From positions 1 to 34,149 of the forward strand of contig JAUCBJ010001108.1 in the NCBI GenBank assembly GCA_032718475.1: DNA of 34,149 nt, given 5' to 3'. The notes beneath the pieces were generated by a model that was not told the origin of the DNA, did no database searches, and saw nothing but the letters and a program-made list of their open reading frames with translations. Positions 1-8,283 of the stretch are shown piece after piece. The DNA comes from Nemertoderma westbladi. Lineage: Eukaryota; Animalia; Xenacoelomorpha. Position 1 is the stretch's first letter; every line of letters starts with the position of its first letter. The translations under genes and the position numbers were made by a program.

Positions 1-2
1 AC

Positions 3-2294
3 ATAGATGGACGACATCCCGACCCTGAGACTGTTTCGAAGTTATTGTCAATTCCATCATTGAAGTCGAAGAAGGAGATTAGAATGTTCACAGGATTGGC
101 GTCATACTATAGAATATACATACCGCATTGTTCATATAGAATGAAACCCTTGACAAACCTCATGAAAGATGACGTTGAGTTCATTTGGGGGGAAGAGCAA
201 CAATCAGCTGTGGATGATATTAAACACGCACTTACTAATCCGCCATGTTTAGCACATGCTGATTTTACTAAGGACTTTATATTACATACAGATGCATGCA
301 AGAAAGGCTTGGGAGCAGTGTTAGCACAACACAATGAAAACAATCGTGTGCAGCCAGTTGCATATGCATCTCGAACTTTACATGGGGGTGAAGTAAACTA
401 CTCTATTAGTGACTTGGAATGTTTGGGCGTTGTTTGGGCCGTTAAACATTTCCGTCCGTATCTTTATGGGGGAAAATTCCAGATATACACTGATCATTCA
501 GCACTAACTTACTTACTGACAGCTAAACAGCTGGAAGGGCGTCTAGCACGTTGGGCGTTATGGTTAAGTCAATTTAATTGCACCATTCATTATAGACCGG
601 GTAATAAACATCAAGATGCTGATGCACTTAGTCGATTACTACCTACTTGTTGTCCTGATAAAACACTAGGAAATTGCCCTTTAGATAATGAAGTAGATTT
701 AATGAATGGAAATAAGGTTATTATTAATGCTATTGATGTTCCTTTAAAAGTTGATATATCTGTGAAACAAAGACATGATGTTCAATTGAATAAGTTGATT
801 GATTACCTTGAGTCTGGTACCATACCATCGAGTTCGAAAGAAGCAAAACGTATAGTATTAGAAGCGCAATATTATGAGATTAATAACTCCATACTATATT
901 ATCGAATGAAATTTAAGAGAAGTTCTAAAGTGAAACTACTTACTGTTGTACCGAAATCGTTACGCGTTGAGTTATTGCGAGAATATCATACGGCACATTC
1001 GTCTGGACATTTTGCAACAAGTAAAATGTATGAAACATTGTTGAAATTCTACTATTGGCCCGGAATGTACCGTGATGTGAATCGACATTACAAGTCATGT
1101 GTGAGATGCATCGAGACACGCGACTTGCGGCGAAGACACGAATTGGAGTCGATCGAAGTTGAACGACCTTTCGAGCGGGTTGGGGTCGATCTGCTGGGTC
1201 CGTTCATTCCGACGGAGTATTATAACACATATATTGCTGTATTTATCGATTATCTAACTAAATACGCGGAATTCGTTCCTTTGCAGGATGCAAAAGCGGA
1301 TTCTACAGCAACGGCGTTAATGAATCGCGTGGTCCTACGATTTGGGGCACCTGAGATATTGTTATCTGATCAAGGTCCAAACTTTCGATCAAAACTCGTT
1401 GAAGAATTAACGCAGAGGTGTGAAACGCAGAAGGTTTATACTGTGCCTTACCACCCTCAATCGGATGGGTTGGCCGAGCGCACAATTGGCACGGTCATAC
1501 GATTATTACGTTCGCTGACTGACCATCGTGGGCGGGATTGGGATATCCTATTGCCAGTGATTCAATTTGCTTACAACGTTACTGTACACGCATCCACGGG
1601 ACATACACCATTTTATTTATTACATGGTTTCGAAGCACGTAGACCCGCAGATAATATGATTTTACCAGAGGGTGATAAATTTACTCCTCATAAACGTGCT
1701 AAATTAATTGGTGAACATATGTCAGTTGTTTGGAATTTAGCAGGTAGAAATATTTTAATTTCTCAAAATAGACAAAAACAAAATTATGACCGTAAAGTGA
1801 GAGATGAGATTATTAATATTGGTGACATTGTTTGGGCCAGAAACCACTCAGTCAAACCTGGCACTGATCATAAACTTGCACCAAAATTTAATGGACCATA
1901 TAGAGTAAGTGAAATAAATAATAAGAATTTATCTATTGTACCTATCAACGAGATAAATAATAATAATGTAAAAGTTATTAGTAGAGACAACGTTCGTTTG
2001 AGAGTCGGTCCCTACCTACCGCCTTTACCTACGAATGTTACAGTTTCTGGGCGTAGTCCGAAACCATTGCTTGGTCGTGATTACGATAGTCAGAAAAACT
2101 CCCATCAAAATACTCGTAATGTAGACGAAACCATTGTTTATCCGTGCCCTATTTGTGGAATTCCTTGGTTTTCGGAAGGTAATTCCATGGTCGCCTGTGA
2201 CGGATGCCTTGAATGGTTCCATTTTGATTGTGTTGGTCTTGTAGATGAACCTAAGGAAGATAAATGGTTTTGTAGTGATTGTGACAGAAAATAA
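3..2294 (+). CDS. pol: Gypsy Pol, partial: RT C-terminus/connection, RNase H, integrase (H2C2 zinc-binding, DDE core, GPY/F) and C-terminal PHD finger
   Basis: The frame is open from the window edge (IDGRHPDPETVSKL...). RNase H motifs: LHTDAC, DLECLG, YTDH, ADALSR. Integrase: H-x6-H...CVRC, GVDLLGP, SDQGPNF, GLAER, KFNGPYRV. PHD at 2145-2283: CPIC..CDGC..WFHFDC..WFCSDC. Confidence 0.95.
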   Translation: MDGRHPDPETVSKLLSIPSLKSKKEIRMFTGLASYYRIYIPHCSYRMKPLTNLMKDDVEFIWGEEQQSAVDDIKHALTNPPCLAHADFTKDFILHTDACKKGLGAVLAQHNENNRVQPVAYASRTLHGGEVNYSISDLECLGVVWAVKHFRPYLYGGKFQIYTDHSALTYLLTAKQLEGRLARWALWLSQFNCTIHYRPGNKHQDADALSRLLPTCCPDKTLGNCPLDNEVDLMNGNKVIINAIDVPLKVDISVKQRHDVQLNKLIDYLESGTIPSSSKEAKRIVLEAQYYEINNSILYYRMKFKRSSKVKLLTVVPKSLRVELLREYHTAHSSGHFATSKMYETLLKFYYWPGMYRDVNRHYKSCVRCIETRDLRRRHELESIEVERPFERVGVDLLGPFIPTEYYNTYIAVFIDYLTKYAEFVPLQDAKADSTATALMNRVVLRFGAPEILLSDQGPNFRSKLVEELTQRCETQKVYTVPYHPQSDGLAERTIGTVIRLLRSLTDHRGRDWDILLPVIQFAYNVTVHASTGHTPFYLLHGFEARRPADNMILPEGDKFTPHKRAKLIGEHMSVVWNLAGRNILISQNRQKQNYDRKVRDEIINIGDIVWARNHSVKPGTDHKLAPKFNGPYRVSEINNKNLSIVPINEINNNNVKVISRDNVRLRVGPYLPPLPTNVTVSGRSPKPLLGRDYDSQKNSHQNTRNVDETIVYPCPICGIPWFSEGNSMVACDGCLEWFHFDCVGLVDEPKEDKWFCSDCDRK

Positions 2295-2655
2295 TTATTA
2301 TTTTTATACGAAATAAGTTAGAACGAAATTGAAACGATGTTACGGGAGTATATTTTGATGGCAATTACAATGTAATTAATAATTTAATTATTGTGCATAT
2401 ATTTTTAATTTGTATTTGGAAAACTATTTTTTGTGATGAAGGAAAGGAGTATTGCAGTTGTAATAGATTAAAGCATTTGGTACACCTAACAATATACTAT
2501 ATAGATAATTTGATTGATACGATTATTATAAACTGAAAGTAATTTGTGAATTTATTTTGAGTGCGTTAATTACGATTATAATATAAAGAATTGAGATATG
2601 TTATTTTTTTAAGATAGTAGAATATTAATAGTGTAATAATTTTTTAGTAATTTTG

Positions 2656-2687
2656 AAGATCGAGTCGATCTTTATTTCCAAGGGGGA
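2656..2687 (+). promoter_or_regulatory. Palindrome plus polypurine tract (plus-strand primer site)
   Basis: AAGATCGA-G-TCGATCTT palindrome at 2656-2672, then AAGGGGGA at 2680-2687 directly before TGTAATA. Confidence 0.75.
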
Positions 2688-2980
2688 TGTAATAGGAATA
2701 TAACAGTATCGGTAGCGTATAGCCTTTACTTTGTTTTAGGTTAGGCATAGGCCTGTAGAACGTGGTTAGTATTTGTTGCTAATATAACTAAACTATATAT
2801 ATGATGATATTATTATGGTGATCAAATGGTGATGTACAGATGTTCTGATGTGATTATATTTTGTTATTATATTTTATTATACAGTCCCTATATTATGATG
2901 AACCAAGTATAAGCAACAGACTACGTTATTTATATGATCGGGTTGATGCAGATAAGAGCATGATGAGATAGCTTATTACA
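2688..2980 (+). repeat. Probable 3' LTR (~293 bp)
   Basis: Starts TGTAATA right after the PPT. The first matching inverted end TATTACA is at 2974-2980. Further TATTACA copies at ~3195-3290 make the right boundary uncertain, and the 5' LTR is not in the window. Confidence 0.6.
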
Positions 2981-3689
2981 GCTGTACCGGTAGTAGGCCG
3001 GCATTTCGAGGAGGCCATAATATTTTTCCAGTCAGCCAGTCTGCCTGTCTGCCAGTGCAGCCCTTGCCGCTTGCCTGTTGTTTCGAACAACCAGCGCCAG
3101 GAAGACAGAGCCCAATCTAAACTGTCGTCGTCATCGAATTACTGGCACTGCACTGCCTGACTGCATTACATACAGACATATTACTGTATTCTGGTATTAC
3201 AATACAATTAGGCTAGGCTGCTAGGCCTATATAATGTACATAAATAATATATAATGTATATGACATATATTACAGTATTATGTATTACAGTATTATATAT
3301 GTTATGTAGGCCTATATAACATATAATGTATAATATAAAAAGATTTATCAGTTTATATGACAGTCAGGCAGTATGAAGCTTAATTAAAAATAACTTAAAC
3401 AGTTAATATAGACATACGGCAGTAAACAAACATATGGCAGTATGGTCAACCCTATTGCAGCACTTAAACCAGTAAACAGCTGGCCTACACACTGCCTACC
3501 TGCAGCACTACTGTCAAGCTCTCAGAATGTGGCTGAGTGGGTGCTGGTAGGCTGGGGCAGGCAGTGGAGTGTCTACTGACTGACTGATGTACTGCAGTAC
3601 TGCATGCACTGCTGCATGATTTATAGGCCTATAAACGAATTTGGTGGTAAATTTTAGGCGGTTTATTCAAACAGCCTTAAGACATATTG

Positions 3690-4005
3690 GCAATGATGTG
3701 CAGGACGTTTGTTCAACACGACAAAGTAGCATTTAACAAACAGCTGGAATAAACATGTATGATTTATGTTACACAATAACGTGTAAAACAAATGTTAAAT
3801 AATTACATGATAAAACATGTTACATTTAGGTATCATAAAAACGTGATCAACAAATGTTTGATTATAACATATTGGATATTATGTTATTTAGATGTTAAAA
3901 TAACATGTTGATTAAAACAAGTTTAGAAAAAAAACATGTCAACATGATTCAAGCATATAAACAAACGTTTGGTATAATAGCGTGTAGCGTGTCTGGTTAG
4001 CAGGG
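3690..4005. mobile_element. Solo end of a non-autonomous DNA transposon (CCC terminus, CMC/EnSpm-like)
   Basis: Dense AACATG/AACGT/TGTT subterminal motifs ending in GTGTCTGGTTAGCAGGG. No partner end found. Confidence 0.35.
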
Positions 4006-4172
4006 ATTGTATTGATTTAATTTGACAGGTGAAGAAATTGTATTAATTTTATTTGAAATATAATTTAATTGAATTTATGTAATTTGAAATGTAAATCAAT
4101 GATGCTTTATCTTTAAGCTGTCCCATTCCCTCAAATGTTCATGACATAGTTTATTGTTATGTTCATGACATA

Positions 4173-4855
4173 GTTTATTGTTTTGGTTAGAAAATCCCGT
4201 CTCTGTAACCTACTCCTTTCCCTCAATTAGTTAAATGATCGTTTATTGTTTTGGTTAGAAAATCCCGCCTCTGTAACCTGCCACTTTCCCTCAATTAGTT
4301 AAATGATCGTTTATTGTTTTGGTTAGAAAATCCCGCCTCTGTAACCTGCTCCTTTCCCTGAATTGGTAAAGGGACCGTTTATTGTTTTGGTTAGAAAGGC
4401 CCGCCTCTGTAACCTGCCCCTTTCCCTCAATTAGTTAAATGATCGTTTATTGTTTTGGTTAGAAAATCCCGCCTCTGTAACCTGCTCCTTTCCCGCAATT
4501 AGTTAAGTGATCGTTTATTGTTTTGGTTAGAAAATTCCGCCTCTGTAACTTGTCCCTTTCCCTCAATTAGTTAAATGAACGTTTATTGTTTTGGTTAGAA
4601 AATCCCGCCTCTGTAACCTGCTCCTTTCCCTCAATAAGTTAAGTGATCGTTTATTGTTTTGGTTAGAAAATCCCGCCTCTGTAACCTGCTCCTTTCCCTC
4701 AATTAGTTAAGTGATCGTTTAATGTTTTGGTTAGAAAATCCCGTCTCTGTAACCTGCTCCTTTCCCTGATTTGGTAAAGTGACTGTTTATTGTTTTGGTT
4801 AGAAAACTCGGCATTAACCTGCTCCTTTCCATCAATTGGTAATTGTTTTTGGCTA
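4173..4855. repeat. 68-bp minisatellite, ~10 copies
   Basis: Unit GTTTATTGTTTTGGTTAGAAAATCCCGCCTCTGTAACCTGCTCCTTTCCCTCAATTAGTTAAATGATC recurs at 4173, 4241, 4309, 4377 and onward, decaying at the right edge. Confidence 0.95.
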
Positions 4856-4990
4856 TAAAATGAGTGTTTTGCTACGTCATGTGGTAATCGATTATCGACA
4901 ACAACCACAAACTATTAAATATAGAGTCTTTTTACCACAGGCGCATATGGAAATCTATCTCATAGTCTATAAATCATGGAATCATGGAAT

Positions 4991-5184
4991 GTTTTGGCAC
5001 AGGCATAGTGAAATCAACTGTCTGACAATCCAGAAATCAGCAGTCTGACAGTTTGAAGAAATCATACATAAAAAGTCATTAAAAGGACAATAAAAGTCAT
5101 TAAAAGGACAACAAAAGTCATTATGCATAATTCGTAAAAAAAGGACAAAAAAAGTCAAATAAAAGGACATAAAAAATCACTGCC
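4991..5184. repeat. ~195-bp direct repeat; the second copy is split into 5347-5460 and 8021-8105
   Basis: GAAATCAACTGTCTGACA...AAAAGTCATTAAA is repeated at 5347-5460. The remainder (AAAAGTCATTA...AAATCACTGCC) resumes at 8021-8105. Confidence 0.85.
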
Positions 5185-5498
5185 GTTTTAAAACACCTAC
5201 GCGTAGTTGTTAAAAAGGCAGTAAGTCTGGCCCTACCGGTAAATGACAGGAATGCAAGTTACAAACTACGCGTAGCTACGCGTAGCTAAGCGTAGGCCTA
5301 CGCGTAGGTCGAAAAGATTTACCCCAGAAATCAACAAATTTTGATTGTTTTGGCATATAGCTGTATAGGCATGTTGAAATCAACTGTCTGACAGTCCAGA
5401 AATCAGCAGTCTGACAGTTTGAAGAAATACATACATAAAAAGTCATTAAATTGACAATAATAACTACATGTATGTACATGTGTTTACATACTTGTGAG

Positions 5499-7369
5499 TA
5501 GGGCTCAACAGAAGCTTCGGCTTCGGTTCGGTTCGGGCCGAAGTTTGGCAATTTCGGTTCGGTTCGGCTTCTGCAATTGATACTGCAGAAGCCCGGAGCA
5601 AACTTTGCTAAATATTCCAAGTATTACATTGACTGATTCTGATTGAGCTAAGACCAGAAGACAGTAAGACTAATCAATCTGTCCATCGTTGTACTAATTA
5701 ATTTTGGAGTGTAAACGTTAAGCAGACACTGGTGCAGAGCAGACAGTGGTACAGACAGTGATGCAGACAGTGGTGCATACACCTGGTGCAGACAGTGGTG
5801 CACGCACTGGTGCAGACAGTGGTGCAACAGTGGTGCAGACACTGGTGCAGACAGTGGTGCAGACACTGGTGCAGACAGTGGTGCAGACACCTGGTGCAGA
5901 CAGTGGTGCAGACACTGGTGCAGACAGTGGTGCAGACACTGGTGCAGACAGTGGTGCAGACAGTGTGCAGACAGTGGTGCAGGCAGTGGCAGTGGTGCAG
6001 ACAGTGGTGCAGACCCGGGTGCAGACAGTGGTGCAGACACTGGTGCAGACAGTGGTGCAGACAGTGGTGCAGACAGTGGTGCAGGCAGTGGTGCAGATAC
6101 TGGTGCAGACAGTGGTGCAGACACTGGTGCAGACAGTGGTGCAGACACTGGTGCAGGCAGTGGAGCAGACAGTGGTGCAGGCACCTTTTGCAGACTGGTG
6201 CAGTCTGCACTTAATTATTTTCGTACACACCTCTTATAATTATTTGTAATCAGGGCACATTCACCCGCACGCACCTCGACTTGTACTACATACGTCCTCC
6301 CTACTTCATGTAGAACCTTTCAGTAGTTACTCGCATATTTGTAGATAATAAAGTCTATGATAAAATATAATATAATAGTGCCTGGTGGTATTGTGTTTTG
6401 TGGTACTCTGGTATTTCAGTATTTTCGCCAGGTGTCTGCACCACTGTCTGGACCAGTGTCTGCACCACTGTCTGCACCAGTGTCTGCAAAACTGAAAACT
6501 GTCTGCACCAGTGTCTGTACCACTGTCTGCACCAATGTCTGCACCACTGTCTCCACCAGTGTCTGCACCACTGTCTGCACCACTGTCTGCACCACTGTCT
6601 GCACCACTGTCCGCACCAGGTGTCTGCACCACTGTCCGCACCAGGTGTCTGCACCACTGTTTGCACGCTGCACCAGTGTCTGCACCACTGGCCGCACCAG
6701 GTGTCTGCACCACTATCTGCACCACTGTCTGCTTAACGTTTACACCCTTAATTTTGGACTGAACTTCCATTTAAATGGCATTATTTTTTTAATTGTTTCC
6801 AGGTTACTTGGTTAGTTTCAAAATTAGCTTAATTATACAGTAGTTTAGTTTAGGCTAAATATTGCCATTTTACTTTGTAGTACCCTATTTTTTAATTAAT
6901 CATAACTTTGATACATAATACCAAATATACCTACTACCTCACAGCCTCATATAAATAGTATTACAAAGACTACCTGTACTTTTAGTGAGGTTTTCTAAAT
7001 TGGATGTCACTAATGAACGGCTTACTACCAGACTACGGGTGAAAATGTGGTGCATACAGTAAGCGCATGCATACAGTAGTTTAGGTTAGTAATGTACAGT
7101 AGGCCTAATGTAAATATTGCCATTTTATTTTGTAGTATTTATTTTTTTAATAAATCATAGCTTTCTCGCTAAGTCCTCAGACCATATAGGTACCAGTCTG
7201 CCACTGCCAGTCAGCCAGTATAGTCTGATAGTGACGTAAATCCGAATTTATGACCATAACTTGCTAACTTTCTGAACTTCGGTTCGGATTCGGTTCGGTT
7301 CGGCCCGAAGTTGGCCCTGCTTCGGTTCGGTTCGGTTCGGCCCCATAAAGTGCCTTCTGTTGAACCCTA
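5499..7369. mobile_element. Non-autonomous hAT element (MITE)
   Basis: TIRs TAGGGCTCAACAGAAG / CTTCTGTTGAACCCTA. Perfect 8-bp TSD CTTGTGAG (5491-5498, 7370-7377). (TTCGG)n subterminal arrays at both ends. Confidence 0.92.
5707..6747. mobile_element. Foldback/Mutator-like non-autonomous element with tandem-repeat TIRs
   Basis: Termini G(A/G)GTGTAAACGTTAAGCAGACA inverted. 9-bp TSD TTAATTTTG (5698-5706, 6748-6756). Arms are built from a 12-bp unit TGGTGCAGACA(G/C) at ~5723-6205, inverted at ~6428-6732. Confidence 0.9.
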
Positions 7370-8283
7370 CTTGTGAGTAAAGTAGCACACTTTACAGTGT
7401 GATGATCCGAGTGGCTTTGTTACACGAAAGAACATTAGTGAGTGAGTGGAAATAAAGCCACGAGGATCAGAACACTGTAAAGTACTTTGCAACAAGTAAT
7501 GTACAGTATGTAGTTTTATTCCAAAATTTAAACAGTACGAAATGATTGTACATATACATTATAAGTGATAGAATCTGCACAAATTATATTAGTTGCTGTA
7601 TAAATAATTGTAAAAATGACTTAAATTTTGTAATGAATAAGTTAGCTTATATTTATCGCGGCATTTGGATAGCCATATGTTATAATAATATATATAGCTA
7701 GTCCGTAGGCCTACTGGTTATTAATAGGTAGGCCTATACCCCCGCCTACCGCGCTACCGGTAGGTCATGCACTAAGCTTATCTTTCTGTCAGGCAAATTT
7801 CCACCTATTGCTGTATTGTTGACGTGGTGTCCGATGACGGCGTTAAAAGTTATGTCCCCTTAGTGGACATTACTTAACGTCGTCATGCGTCATGCCAAAT
7901 TCAATACTAAATGTACAGGCCAATACAATGCTGTAATGTCCTCTAAGTTGTAAAGTGCTAAATAACAACTCGCTGTTATTACTAACGGCGTTGAGTAACA
8001 GAGTAATGTTACAATTTTGGAATAAAAGTCATTACAGCATTATGCACAATTCGTTAAAAAAGGGGGACAATAAAGTCAAATAAACGGACATTAAAAATCA
8101 CTGCCTTTATTAATTGTAGAATTAATATTAGTCTGTTAGTACTGATAACGTATTTGCTCATTACAGCATTACAAGCATTAGCATTAGGACATTAGCAGAT
8201 TAGGCCTATATATTAAAACATTTTTTGGTTCTTGAACCGGGACAACCTGACAGCCTGAACTCTGAAGTAACAACAATCATACA

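Larger units (their letters stand above)
1..2980 (+). mobile_element. Ty3/Gypsy LTR retrotransposon, 3' half (5' part lies outside the window)
   Basis: Domain order is RT thumb, RNase H, integrase (Gypsy order), followed by an AT-rich 3' UTR, a polypurine tract and a TG...CA bounded LTR candidate. Confidence 0.93.
5461..8025. mobile_element. Non-autonomous hairpin-ended element (Crypton-like), ~690 bp after removing the nested hAT
   Basis: Interrupts the direct repeat with AATAA at both junctions (5456-5460, 8021-8025). Long imperfect hairpin 7389-7418/7454-7483 whose left arm extends across the hAT site. Internal IR TTTTATTCCAAAATT (7514-7528) matches the right end (8013-8027). The family assignment is an inference. 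Confidence 0.55.

Noticed and set aside
107-2222. Short antisense/alternate-frame ORFs over pol (and over the zinc-finger, CACTA and RTE ORFs)
   Set aside because: Shadows of real coding sequence with no recognisable motifs.
4173-4855. Regular repeats as a CRISPR array (also 33003-33990)
   Set aside because: Whole units repeat with no unique spacers, there are no cas genes, and the context is eukaryotic.
5648-6815. Cys/His-rich and APLS/VQT repeat ORFs on both strands
   Set aside because: Translations of the stop-free 12-bp repeat in the foldback arms; not genes.
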